Source: Lama glama (lineage: Eukaryota). From it: 64,000 nt of DNA. The stretch is taken from the NCBI GenBank assembly GCA_028534125.1, contig CM052816.1:59274001-59338000 (forward strand), read 5' to 3'. This document shows positions 1-11,819 of this stretch, piece by piece. Under the pieces are notes generated by a model. The model was not told the DNA's origin. It searched no databases and saw only the letters and a list, made by a program, of their open reading frames with translations. Within the stretch, counting starts at the first letter, position 1. Every line of letters begins with the position of its first letter. The position numbers and the translations under genes were made by a program.

Positions 1-130
1 AATCACAGGACCACGCTTAGCTGCAAGGGAGTGAGGATAACATGGCCTTTATTCAGGACAGTCATGTGCCTGCTAAAAATCGTATTAAAAAAGAATGCAT
101 AGTAGAGGACAACTAGCAGCCTCTGTCACA
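1..130 (-). mobile_element. MaLR LTR fragment (MLT1J/K-like), truncated by window edge
   Basis: 'cacgcttagctgcaagggag...gtcatgtgcctgctaaaaatc...ggacaactagcagcctctgtcaca' matches the reverse complement of an old MLT1 LTR 5' end (recalled consensus). Confidence 0.7.
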
Positions 131-1885
131 AGAATATTCTAGAACTAGATTTGAGGTGTGTGTGTGTGTGGTTTGGGGGGTTGGTATATTTGCAGAATGA
201 AGAATGTCTGTTCCAAAACAGCAAATCAAATGGTTGGCTCCTGGGCTATAAATCATTACCTATCCAGATAGACATACAAACATACAAATTTATATAGGTC
301 AAAATTTACATAATATGATTATATTTTAAGTCAAGTAGACAGAGTTATATATTGGGAATGTTTTTAAAGCTATTTCTGTAAATAGTAACGACTTGTTCTA
401 AAATGTTTTCCCCAAGATTGCAATAATCCTCTGAACCATTAAGTTGGTCAGTGACCTTAAGCAGCTTGGTCAGGCAATCAAATGGTGAAATCTCTGAAAT
501 CTCTGGGGTCCCAGTTGCCAGAATTATTTCAACCTCGTGCTGGGAAGCAATGCCCTGTGGTTCCCAAGTCTGCATATTCTGATACAGAGAAGCAGGATAC
601 TGGGGGAGATTCTGACACTTAAATTACAGCAAGGTGTGTATGTGTATGGGGTAACTGCACAGGCGGGACATCTGTCTGTGGGAAATATAAGGAGCATCAG
701 GTGAAATAAGGTGCTTAATATAGTTAGCACCCTCATGGACAAACTATCCCTTGGATGATGGTCTCCAATCTGATAGAACTCAAAATGATCTTCTCGGTTT
801 TAGGTTAACTTTTAAAAGGGGTTATAAAATATTTTTGCTTAATTTTGTTCTTTTCTCATTTATGGGTAAAACAAGAAAGGATTTGTTTTGTTTTGTTTTC
901 CTCCAGAGATAATAAAATGGCAGGAGGGAGCAGCCTCTGGCTTGATCAGAAACACACAAACTTGAAAATAGTCTTTGAATGTTGGTTTGCAGATATTATT
1001 AAGTAAGAAAAAAAAAGTTACTGTTCTTAGAAAGTAATTACATTTTTAACATATAAGTTTGTTATCTAAGGCAGAAAAGTGAATATAAATTAGGAGCAGT
1101 TCTTAACAAAAAAATCTTCTTACCTTTAATTATTAGATGACTTTATATATTTCGTCCTTCCCCAGTCCCACCATATGAGAGTTCTCTGCACTACATTTCT
1201 AAATCCCCCAGTGATTTTATTAATGATGCTTTGATAGAAAGTCCATCAGCAAGGCCAGGTGGTCCCAGACAAAGCAATAAATGAGGAAGACGCTTTGCAA
1301 ACATTGAATGTGTTCTCTAAGGTGTAAGTTTTCTGCACTAATTTTAGCTTTGTGTAGTCATACAGGTAACTATAAGCAATTCTGGACATTGGGCAATTAG
1401 CTTGTAATCGAGTGCTGCTACTCAGTTTCCATATCTGAATTTGCATTTTTTTCTAGAAATTAAATGTTCTCAGGAAATGGCAGCCTCGGTGAGCCTAGCT
1501 CAAAAAGACCTCAGTCATAGCAGGCAACACTGTGATTGTGCTGCTTGCAAGCATGGGAGCGGGTGCCTGTCTTTTTCTTCATGCACATGGAGCGGTTCGT
1601 AAGCAGACAGTATGAGGAGTTATAAAAATACTTGGAAAACTTTTTATTACATGGAATTTAATGTTTTCCCCCCCAGGATTGCATTTTGGCACACAGTTTT
1701 AAATGGCTGCTCAACCTAATAAATTAATGACTAAAATTTTTTTAACAAAAAATAACAACAATGACTCAAACAACAGTGTATCAAAAGCAAGAGTCAAGTC
1801 AACATGAGGCACTAAGCATACGAATACATATTTCTGTCCTTAATTACAATTAGGATGATTTTGTTTCAGCAAAAACAGTCACCCA

Positions 1886-1975
1886 TTTTATTAAATTTTT
1901 TACCGATTTTGAATATACTGTGCTATACAGTAGGGCCTTGTTATTTATTTTATATATAGTAGTTAGTATCTACAA
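1886..1975 (-). mobile_element. Short L1 3' UTR fragment (young camelid/cetartiodactyl type)
   Basis: 'gaatatactgtgctatacagtagggccttgttatttattttatatatagtagttagtatct' is shared with the longer L1 3' ends at 32781 and 53781. Confidence 0.7.
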
Positions 1976-2980
1976 GTCAGAAAATTTTTTAAATTCCGTG
2001 AGTTTATGAATTTATATCTGCCCTTCTTAACACAGCTGGGATAACTGAGCAGCTTTCTATTCTCCCACCTTATTTCACCCTCTTCTCCAGCCTTATTTCA
2101 TCCTTATAAGATACAAACTTCTGCCAACCACAGGAATACCTACACTGTCTCTTTTACTGGAGGAGGTCTTGGTTCTTGCAAGTTATAGATTGCAGAGCCA
2201 ATGTGATATGACACTTTTTTTTTTCAATCTCTCATGAAGTTGTTACACTCTGACACTGGGAGGCTGATGTATGTCTGTCCATTGGAACAGGATGCTTAGT
2301 GGACAAAGACAAATAGAATAAACAGAATTTGGCCCATGACTTGATACTGAGTATTGTAGTCAGGAAAACAGCATGTTCATTTGTGTACCTTCAAAGACAT
2401 TTTCAAGACATATCATCCCATAAATTTCCAGTTGAGTTACTTGTATTCTCAGAGGGCCTCTGAGGAGAAATGTACAGAGTAAGCTTCAGGGATCTTCAGG
2501 GATATTCAGGCAGCCAGGAACAGGCTGGCTCCTTTAGAAAGCACATGGCTTCCTCAGTACTTCCTCAAACCCTGTCAGGACTTGGGCAAAACCTCCCTGA
2601 TAAGTTGGTTCTTCTGTATAACTTGACTTTGTTTTTCCCAATGTTCTAAGGTTTACCTTTCAAGCAAAAATACGAAGAAGAAATTGTTAATGTTTTTCAA
2701 GCTTCATTTTTTAATCTGCTTCTTTGAGGCCAAATGGGAAGGTATATAATTGAAATTTAAAATCCAAAATTCACAGCTATGGAGTTCTAACTAATATTTC
2801 TTATTGTGGCAATCCAACAGATTGATCTGCTTTATTGTAGAGGAGGAAAGGCCAGTCACTGGACCTCTGTAAGGATCAGCTGTAAAATGAGGACAATACC
2901 AAACTCAAAACAGCTCAGATTATGTAAGTCAGTCACTTACTACAGTGTGAGCACATATGCATGGCTGTTAGGAGTATAGG

Positions 2981-3461
2981 TGTATCCGGTAGCTATTGCT
3001 TCCTTAGTTATTTAAGAAAATAACCATTTATTTTGCTCAGTCAGGCTGGGCTCAGCTGGATAGTTGGACTAGTTTTAGCTAGGCTCCCTAATGAATCGAG
3101 TTAGTGACAGGGCATCTAGGTGTCTCTCCTTCTGGAGTGCAACTGGCTGTTGACTGGGACAGTGGAACCAATGGCCCCACATGTCTCTCATCCTCCAACA
3201 AGCCAGCCTGGGCTCATTTACACAATGGCCTTAAGGATCCAAGAGGAAGAAAAGCATGCAGGGCATCAAGGCCTAAGCTCAGAACTGGTACCCTATCATT
3301 TCTGCCATATTCTATTGCCCAGAGCAAATCACAAAGTTCAGTCCAGATATAAGGGATGGGAAAATAGATTCTCTTTCCGGGGGGAGTTAAGAAGTCTTAG
3401 GGTGAAGGCCATGGAAATAAGGAAGCATGAAAATTTAAGGCCATTTTCATAATTTACCATA
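2981..3461 (-). mobile_element. MaLR solo LTR (MLT1G-like)
   Basis: Starts tgtatccggtagctattgct; internal 'tctctcatcctccaacaagccagcctgggctc' and 'ggcctaagctcagaactggtacc...ttctgccatattctattg'; ends 'aatttaccata'. Confidence 0.8.
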
Positions 3462-3483
3462 ATAAATGTTTATTAGGTGTGTG

Positions 3484-3560
3484 ATTTATTTCTTTATACC
3501 TGGCTTTATGTCATAATGGCTTCGAGGTGACTTAAAGCAAAGGTGAATACAGTCATATAG
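3484..3560 (-). mobile_element. Possible ancient LINE 3' tail (L4/RTE-X- or L2-like)
   Basis: 'atttatttctttatacctggctttatgtcataatggcttcgaggtgacttaaa' resembles the reversed tail 'tttatatcccgccttgttccaaaaaggatttgaggcggcttacaa'; short and diverged. Confidence 0.3.
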
Positions 3561-4509
3561 TAACAAACAGAAAAACTTAAAAATAAAAACTTGAAGTAAG
3601 ATAAATTAGAACAGGAGTTCAAATCCAGGATTTTTGTGATAAAGACTGTGCTAGTGTGAATGGAGAATTCGTCTGCGTAGAGCTTTCAAAACATTGAGGC
3701 AACAGGTTTTGGCCAAAAGCCTATTAAATGGAGACATAGATTAATATTAATGGAGCCCTTGAACCACTACCTGCAGAGCATACACTGGGGCTCAGTCAAG
3801 AGTCAAAGGGTCAGTGACGGACTTGTCTATGTCCCTCCCTTGAAGCCTTTATTTCTGCTACTCATGAGAGGTTTCATGATGAAGAAGAAAGAGCTTTGGA
3901 GCCAGCATTGAAGGCCCTTCCAGCTGAGAAACTGAAATTTGAATCTAGGTCTGTGTGGCTTTTTTTTCCCCTCAGTTTTCTCAAGTCAGGACTCATGATG
4001 CTTATCAGTCAGAATGTAAGCCATGTGAAAAAGGTGTTTTAGATGTCACTGTCAGCTTCCTCCTGATTCTTTAAGTGACTTCATCTCCCAAGAAATGTGA
4101 ATAACCCCCTTTTAGAGAGGGATTGCTTCTTGTATAAACTTACCCATCTCAACCATAGGGACATCCAAAAGTATAGCATTTTCATGAAATTGAATGGAAT
4201 TGGTGAATATCCTGAATCTTGACTCCATATAAGATTTCCAAGAATAGTTTGTAAACTCAAAGCAAGGGCTCACACTGTTATACTGAGGGGAGCTTTCTGT
4301 GACTTGGAACCTCTGATCTGCTCAGCTCTGCAGTTGTTCCTAAGCTCTGGGTGTGTGGGGGGCATCTTGTAACATGGCAGCTCCCTTGCAAGTCTGTGGG
4401 GATAATCTTTGCTCACATGACTCTGGCCTGGTCAAGCTGCAACATGGGCTTCTGTCTCTGTGAAAAGCTGGTTGAGCACATGTCTAGAAGGACCTCAGTG
4501 CCTTGACTG

Positions 4510-5120
4510 AGTCAGTTATTTGTGTTTGTCATGCTCCTGTGTGTTCTCTTGGCTCTAGGAATGTGAATAAGAAAGATGACATTCCTTCTCTTATCCATGG
4601 TTCTTACTATCCATGGTTTCCATCTTACAGAAACCAAGGGGGAAATAGATAATAAGCCATTAAATGGACAAGATGAGTTCAGGTAATGGCACGTGGTACT
4701 TTTTTAAAAGCAGGATGTTGTGTTAGTGACTCATGCTGGGAGGTGAAATGGACAGTGTTTTGACTTGGTGCCATGGAAGACCTCACTGGTAAAGAGGATT
4801 TGTTTGAACTGAGATTCAAATAAAAAGTCAACCAGTTAGATCATTCTAGTCAGAGGGATAGTATGTACAAAGACCCTGCGTCAAGGGTAAGCTTAGGATA
4901 GGTAAGAAACAGCACAGATACTATGACTGGAGGTCCAGAGGTTGGGGGTGAGTGGGAGGAAATAAGTCAGAGAGATGGCCAGGAGTCAGACCATGTGGGT
5001 CCATGTAGGCCCTTATGGACTTAGTAGGAAGCTCGAATTTCTTTACTGGGCAGACAAAAAAAAACTGTGTGTATGTATTTTAAGTAAAAGAATTAAATGA
5101 TCTGATTTACAGTGTTAAGC
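4510..5120 (-). mobile_element. L2 LINE 3' region
   Basis: Typical reversed L2 motifs: 'ggaagacctcactgg..gaggatttgtttgaactgagattc', 'cattctagtcagagggatagtatgtacaaagaccctg', 'aatgatctgatttacagtgttaa'. Confidence 0.75.
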
Positions 5121-5974
5121 GTAGTTTGCGGGGGAATAAAGCATCTTCTTGGACCAAATTGAGATTTTCAGCTTCATCCAGGGAGGTGCATGATTTTCTA
5201 TGTTTTGGTGGAAAAAAGATAATAAAGATGAACATATCCTAATTCTAGCCAAAAGCGGATAACAAGATTCCAAGAAGAGAACATGATGCTTCAGGAGAAG
5301 GATGCTGCTTTGTTTAGGGGAGACGCTAAGGAAGGGAGGTTATTTTGAGACAAATGAGAAGTTCCTGAAGAAAGCCAAAGGTAAAAGCCACTGAGGAAGA
5401 GAGAGTCTTAGTGCAAATATACACATTAACTCTAAGTTTCAAATCTAAACGAAGCTTTTTGGGTGTAGCTTCCATGGATGACTGACTCCTTGGTTCAAAG
5501 CCACAGAGTATATGAAGTTTTTGTCTGTTCGAATTACATTTCCAATATGTACAACTAAGTCATATATGCTGGAAACATTTCAAATAAAATATTCCTTGAA
5601 ATACACTAGGATAGAGGGCCGCAGTTTCCTAAGTAATGATAGTTCGTGGCTCTGCCCTGGAGTAAATCCAGCGTTACGGCGATATCTGAGGATCCCTGTG
5701 TACTTGGATGTGATCAGAGACTCCAGAAATGGTCCCTTTGCTCTTGGCCTCCTTTCCTCTCCATTATTTATTAGGACATGGATGATTTTTAGTTGAAGAA
5801 TCCTGAATGGGTAATTTATGTTAGAATGTGTCCACATATCCGTCATCTGTTAGACATTAGCTTGTAGACTCAGCCTAGGAAGCTGTTCTATAGCAAAACC
5901 GGTCTTCTATGGAAATATAAGTATTCATGTAGGAACTATGGGGACAATTTGATAAGCTATACAGAAATTGATAT

Positions 5975-6360
5975 ATCAGTTTTTGAACACCTCCTATGGG
6001 CCAGGAACTGCAGTCATTGTGGGGATACAGTAATAAACAAGACGTACCTAGCCTGGTAAGGGAGACCAGAAAACAAGCTGGCTTTTCTAATACAGAAAGA
6101 GGAAATAAGATGAGGTGTGTGGAGGCTACAACAGGAACAGGGAGGCAGGCACTTCCCCCGACTGTGGAGATTAGGAGAGAGTTCCCAAGTGATACAGGAA
6201 CAGATCCATTAAATAAAAAAGAATTTGGCAATCTGGAGGCTGGGGAAGAGGGTAGCAAGAATGTTGGAGGAGGGAGCACTACAGAAGAGATAAGGGCGAA
6301 GTTAGTGAAAAAGGGTAAGTGTGGGGATGGGAAGCAAGGAACTGACTATAGTTGGAGTCT
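5975..6360 (-). mobile_element. L2 LINE 3' end
   Basis: 'ttgaacacctcctatgggccaggaactgcag...ggggatacagtaataaacaagac' is the reversed L2 terminus. Confidence 0.75.
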
Positions 6361-6403
6361 CTCAATTATGTACAAATGTAAGAGAAAACGTAAATGTTTT
6401 TAA

Positions 6404-6555
6404 GGAGGAAGGATACAGCTCAAGTGGCAGAGTGCATGCTTAGCATACACTAGGTCCTGGCTTCAAGCCCTAGCACTTCCTCTAAAAAGAAATAATAATA
6501 ATAATAAATAACTAAACCTAACTACCCCCCCAAAAAAACCCCAAACCCCCCAAAA
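6404..6555 (+). mobile_element. tRNA-Ala-derived camelid SINE (Vic-1 type), copy 1 of tandem pair
   Basis: Head 'ggaggaaggatacagctcaagtggcagagtgcatgcttagcat...' with A box and AGC anticodon region, then an A-rich linker and 'aaacctaactaccccccc' tail. Confidence 0.9.
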
Positions 6556-6715
6556 GCAGGAAGGGTATAGCTCAAGTGGCAGAGTGCATGCTTAGCATAC
6601 ACTAGGTCCTGGCTTCAAGCCCCAGTCCCTCCATTAAAAAACGAACAAACAAAAATCTAATAGTAATGATTCTAATAGTAATCTAATGATTCCCCACCAC
6701 CACCAAAAATAAAAT
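6556..6715 (+). mobile_element. tRNA-Ala-derived camelid SINE (Vic-1 type), copy 2 of tandem pair
   Basis: 'gcaggaagggtatagctcaagtggcagagtgcatgcttagcat...cccagtccctccattaaaaaa' followed by an A-rich tail. Confidence 0.9.
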
Positions 6716-6997
6716 TAAGTAAACCTGTGACACCAGTTGAAGACATGTGTGATTAAAACTGAGATCATGAATAACACACTTCTTAATAAGCCCCTGTTGT
6801 CCTTTAGGAATCTCTACTCTCTTTTCTGTGAGCACTTGGGGGAGAAACAAGTCATCACCAGAAGCGTCAAGGGCTCACATTTTCATGCAGCAAATAGCGC
6901 AGGGATCAAAGCCATCATCAAGTAGTTTGAGAGGCAAATATTCATACTAATTTTTATAGTACTCCATAGCTTAACAAAGATTTCCACTTACTCATCA

Positions 6998-7163
6998 CAG
7001 CGTGTCTGAGAGTCAGAAAAAAATTTAAAGCCCTAATTTGTAGCGTTTGCCAATTTCCACAGTGTAAGTACTCCTACTGTGGCCAGTTTCAAGCTAACGA
7101 GAGTTTGACAGCCACTCAAGAAATGCCTGAATATTTAACGATCAGCTCCCTCCCACACCACTG
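6998..7163 (-). mobile_element. MER63A-like hAT (Blackjack) non-autonomous DNA transposon
   Basis: 'aaagccctaatttgtagcgtttgccaatttccacagtgtaagtactcctactgtggccagtttcaagcta' and terminal 'cacaccactg'. Confidence 0.85.
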
Positions 7164-7354
7164 TACATCGTAGGTGGGTCTCAGCTTCAGTTCTTTTCAT
7201 TCCAACTTTTACCCCTCAGGGTTCCTCTATCTCTACTTCCTTGAATTTAATTTGGTCAAGAGGTGAAGTCTGCCACTGGGATCTGTTTGTTGCTTGAGAG
7301 GTTTCTTTAGCCAAGGACTTCAATGATAGTCTGTGTCTCTTTTTCTCCCTCAAT

Positions 7355-7558
7355 TATTTGACACTTACGTAAGTCATACTACGTGCTTTATAAATAGTAA
7401 ATCTCACATAAAATTTATGAGGTAGCTACTATTACCCATTTTTGCAGATGGCGGTGAAAATACAGAGTGATCTGCCCAGTGTAACACAGGTGCCAAATGC
7501 AGAAGCTGGGATTGGAACCCAGGGTTGAGTCTATGCCCTTAACCAGTTCATACTGCTG
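7355..7558 (-). mobile_element. MIR SINE
   Basis: Core 'atgaggtagctactattacccatttttgcagatgg...tgcccagtgtaacacag...agctgggattggaacccagg'. Confidence 0.85.
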
Positions 7559-7599
7559 CATAAATGTTGATGTCGGAAATACACCTACAGCATGCTAAT

Positions 7600-8085
7600 A
7601 TCTCAGCCTGAGTCAGTTACATGCTAACACTTCATTTAGACGTGAAATCCTGAGGAAGCAGCAATGATGGCGAAAAAAAAAGGATGTCAAGACACGAGGA
7701 AAAGCAAATGTGAAGAAATGTATTTCTGAGCTGCCCACAGCTTTCAGAAACTATTGCTTGATCTCAGTGTATGTCTCCAGAGAAGCCACATGAAACTACT
7801 GCATCTCTGAACAGTTTCAACAGAATGAAAGGAGAAGAATTTATTTGCCAGCACTCACATCCCCTGGTCACAGTCTGTCCTGAGGGACGTTAACTCACGT
7901 GCACTTTTTGGGTTGTGAATATGTGGATGTTGAGTGGGTCCTAAGGCATCTCACGTCTCAGCAGCAACAGAAAAATCCTGTGTCAGGAGGCAAGAGGCCA
8001 GAAGGGTGGGCTCTGGAATGGTGTTGTTGGGTTGGGCCTGGGAGCTATTCAGGGATGTAGGTGAGCAGTCACCGAAGCAGCCTGT
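7600..8085 (-). mobile_element. ERVL solo LTR (LTR33-like)
   Basis: 'gaatttatttgccagcactcacatcccctggtca...gacgttaactcacgtgcactttttgggttgtg' follows the recalled LTR33 layout. Confidence 0.65.
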
Positions 8086-8742
8086 GGTGCTGGCCGAGGC
8101 AGCAGGGACCTGGCTCCGTAAGCACATGGTATCGCTCCTTTCAAGGTCAAAATCAAGGGAAGTGGACAGATTTGCAGTGGTGCATAAATTAGACGGGGTC
8201 ATTATCTTCCAACCTTCTGAGGACATTCAATGGAAGGGTATCAAATAGTAGATTCTACACTTAGGTACAGTAGCATGGAATAGGTCAGATCTGGATTCAG
8301 TCCCCAATTCATCTTCATTGCAACTGGTAATGAAGAAGGGCTTAAAGAGAGCATTACTCCTTCTGATCCAACCAACCATTGCCCAGGAATTGACTAGGAA
8401 TACTGGCACACTGAAACCCGGCACACAGGCCTAAGCCTCCTGAAGGAGTCAGAGAGGAAATTAGGTTGTAACATTTGAGTTATCCCTTAAAGCTACTTGA
8501 AAATCCTAGGAGATCATAAATTAAATGATCAATTTAATCGCCCTCTATATTCTCAGAATACTTTTGTTGTTCATTATATGAAACTTAGATTCTACCGTAT
8601 ATTAAGATTTCGGCTTAAGAATCCTAGAATGTAAATTCCTTGAAGGTGCATCTCCCATCTTTTTCATCTTGATCAATCCTTTTATTGATTCTTATAATCT
8701 ACAGTCAGTGTACATTGGTTGACTTGAATGCACTGTTGTATC

Positions 8743-10253
8743 CAGGGCCAGCTATATGTAATTTGCAGAGCTCAGTGCAAAATGAAAATGTAGCATCCAT
8801 GTTCAAAAAAGCAGGAAAAAAATGCCATTAAAGGTACTAAAATATGAAATTTGTTTTTCTTAAAAGTATTTTATTATACAATATAATAGGAATAATAGCA
8901 ATGCACATGTAACAAGACAAACTTAAAAATTCCAGAAAAATATTTTGGGGACATAATTTTATATAACACAATACATACAATAAGTGAATGCAGTATCTTG
9001 ATTAGTCACAAAATTATTTATTGGCTCAGTTTTCTGCAAATTCATTAGGTCATTAAATTTATACTTTTAGTAACATTGAAAGATGTGTACTTTAAGCAAT
9101 ATTGAAAGTGATGTCAGTCATTCTTGATAAATTCAAGATTGAAAATAATTTTTGGTAACTTTTTAATTTTAAGAAATCTGAGACACCTGTTACTGGAGTT
9201 AGGGTGTATCTTACAGACTGTGGCAACATTAAGATACATTTCTGATAATTTTAACATACAAATTTTAGCACATCTGGAACTGATTTTTGTGGAATAATTT
9301 TTCTAAAAAGATTTCACTCTTCATATGAATCAGTTTTGTGTCAGCATGAATTTAATTTTATATGTAAATTGATGCAATAGCCTTTTAATGTTTCCTCTGT
9401 TAGTTACTATAAACTTGTCGAGTTTGTATAAGAAACAAGCAATTTCATGATCTGTATATAAATCAAATCATAAATTTATGTATTCAATTCCCATATCTTC
9501 AGTTACACAGAAAATTTGAATTTTCAAATTGTTTTCCTCTTTAATAATCAATTCATCTAAAATTTCTTATGAATATAGTGTTGATTTTTTTCTATTCAAC
9601 ACTACAATGTTTTATTCCTATTTCTAAGCTTGTGGTTATTTTCTATGCAATGTTTGCAGCAATTTCCAAAACCAAAGATCCTAAACTCTGAATTTTAATA
9701 ACCCCATGAAAAGCTTTATTTCAATGTCCCTGTGTACATTTCTGTTTTGTAATAATTTACTTTCAAAGTTGACTGCCCCAGTGCCAGTGATTCCTGTTCT
9801 AGTGCTCAGGGGGAAGAGTTAATATTTGTGCAAGCACAGCAAGGTCAGGCTCTAGGGACCACTGCGCTAGCTGGCTTCCCACCACGGGTCTCCTCCTTTT
9901 TCCGGGGCCTGGGACCCAGCTACTTCTGCTGTTGCCATGGCTGCCATGAATCTGGGTCTGGGTTGCACCCCAGCGAACCCCTCTGGGTCCATGGTGCCCA
10001 CCTGCCCTGAGGCTGCTCCCGTGTGCCCGATGACCCATTCACCTGTTGGGCATGCTGCTTGCTGTGCCTGCATGGTTGCCGCTGGATCAGAATTGTGCAT
10101 GTGTATCTGTGAGCGCAGAGAAGATACACCAAAGAAGACTTATACAATGTTGGCACCAGACAGCTAAACCAAGCATGGGGCCCTTCTGATTGAGAGCCTT
10201 GTGCAGATGAACTGATCAAACGAACATGTCTCAGGCCCACGAAGCTGACCTTG
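8743..10253 (-). mobile_element. Near full-length MER45R-like hAT-Tip100 (Zaphod-derived) DNA transposon with decayed transposase C-terminus
   Basis: Both MER45 termini are present (cagggccagctatatgtaatttgcagagctcagtgcaaaatgaaaatg ... aggcccacgaagctgaccttg); 8-bp flanks gttgtatc/gtttcatc match 6/8; minus strand ~9100-9255 reads LSEMYLNVATVCKI..LTPVTGVS..FLKLK..NYFQS..QE.LTSLSI with frameshifts (hAT dimerisation domain). Confidence 0.88.
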
Positions 10254-10308
10254 GTTTCATCTTAATTTTAGCAAGACATCTGTCTACTATGAAAAATATG
10301 GGCTCGAT

Positions 10309-10529
10309 CAGCAGCATTCAAATGCTTTTGATCACTGCCACAGTAAGAAGTACATAATACGTGATGACTCAGCATACATACAGACCTTTCCTGCAACAAT
10401 ACTTATAATTAATACATGACAGGTTCTCTGATATTTTCTGTTCAGTTTTTTTTAAAGGCTGCTAAGTACGCACTCAACTGATTTCACAACCTGTTAATCA
10501 GCTGTGCCCCTGCTTTTTAGAAAATTCTG
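10309..10529 (-). mobile_element. MER112-like hAT-Charlie element
   Basis: 'ttttgatcactgccacagtaagaagtaca', 'ctctgatattttctgttcag', 'caactgatttcacaacctgttaat', with cag...ctg termini. Confidence 0.7.
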
Positions 10530-10599
10530 GGCTGGTTGGTGGGGGAAGTCAATAGCTCAGTGATAATAGTCTGCAATGCTACATTTAAAAACTTCATAA

Positions 10600-10755
10600 T
10601 AAGGTATATTATCTAACTGAAAAATCTTGCTCAAAGGCAGTTCATTAAAGGGGATAGTTGTAAAATGGAGGCAAGTGTTTTATGATGCACCGAATGGCTC
10701 AATTCTCAGCCCTGTCTGTGTGAACATTTTCATCAGTGACTTGGATGAAGACATG
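10600..10755 (+). mobile_element. L3/CR1 LINE reverse-transcriptase fragment
   Basis: 'ggctcaattctcagccctgtctgtgtgaacattttcatcagtgacttggatgaagacat' reads GSILSPVCVNIFISDLDED, matching the CR1 RT motif QGSVLGPVLFNIFINDLDE. Confidence 0.8.
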
Positions 10756-11040
10756 TTTTATTCCCATTGAACACACTGAGAGCAACTTTTGTGCTGAGTG
10801 CTGTGCTCTGGCTGGGGCTGCTCCCCCTCACGTGCAGGACCTGAACACACAGATCAGTATGAGAAGATTAAGTGCTGTGACAAGCCAACACTCAGGGATG
10901 TGGGAGCACGCAGAAGGAAAGAGTTCACTCCTGGCAGTGCAGACCAGTGAGGCACTGTCCTCAGAGCTGTGAGCAACATCTCCTAAAGTGCGAATAACAA
11001 ATAGAGTAAAACTGGGGGGAAAGACAGACTGCATGTGCTT
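10756..11040 (-). mobile_element. L2 LINE 3' end, degenerate
   Basis: 'actgagagcaacttttgtgctgagtgctgtgct', 'taagtgctgtgacaagccaacactcagggatgtgggagcacgcagaagg'. Confidence 0.55.
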
Positions 11041-11230
11041 TGCTCATCCCTAACACACAGACCACAGTGCCTGTAAGTCAAATAATCTTGTAAAACAAAG
11101 GACGATTAACCAAATGAATCTGACTTGACAAGTGATTTAAGAGGCTCAGAAATTACTTTGTTCTATCCCCCCTTTTCTCTTACATTTTTTTTTTCAAATG
11201 AAGTTTACACTGTATTTTTTTTTTTCCATT

Positions 11231-11790
11231 TGTGATGGTTAATTTTATGTGTCAACTTGACTGGGCTATGGGGCCAAACATTTGGTCCCTAAATATTTAG
11301 TCAAATATTCTGGGTGTGCCAGTGCTTCTGGATGAGATTACATTTGAATTCGTAGACTGAGCAAAGCAAGCCGCCCTCCCTAACGTGGGTGGGCTTCAGC
11401 CAAACAGTTGAAGGCCTGAATAGAACCAAAAGGCTGACCTCCCCGAGTAAGGGAGAATTCCTCCTGCCTGACTGCTTTCAAACTGGGCTATAGGCTCTTT
11501 CCTGCCTTCTGCCTCAAACGGAAGCATCTGTTCTTCCTTGGTCTGGAGCATGCCGGCCTTTGGACCGGAGCTCCACCAGTGGTTCTTTGGGCTCTCAGGT
11601 CTTCAGACTTGGACTGGAATATACCCACTGGCCCAGCTGGGTCTCCGGCTTGACAAGTCACCCTCAGATCTTGGGACCTGGCCGTCTTCATAATCTCATG
11701 AGTCATTCCTTTTAATCAATTTCTTTATATTCATACACACAGCCTATTGGCTCACACTACTGGTTCTGTTTCTCTGGACAACCCTAATAC
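11231..11790 (+). mobile_element. ERVL solo LTR (MLT2B-like), essentially complete
   Basis: Starts 'tgtgatggttaattttatgtgtcaacttgactgggcta'; ends 'tggttctgtttctctggacaaccctaatac'. Confidence 0.92.
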
Positions 11791-11819
11791 CTAGCTGTAC
11801 AAAAGTTTTAAGCTAAGAT

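Noticed and set aside
522..632. Possible exon (ccag|aattat...caag|gtgtgt), open in one frame
   Set aside because: Weak pyrimidine tract and donor, and the peptide is unrecognised.
2483..2510. Short tandem duplications (cttcagggat x2-3; also tatccatggtt x2 near 4592-4618 and a repeat in the SINE tail near 6656-6690)
   Set aside because: Ordinary slippage micro-duplications, not arrays.
5996..6403. 135-aa ORF with an antiparallel 134-aa ORF
   Set aside because: Both fall within a purine-skewed L2 fragment.
9799..10240. Five overlapping ORFs in a GC-rich patch, resembling an exon or CpG island
   Set aside because: They lie inside the MER45R-like transposon, and GC richness suppresses stop codons.
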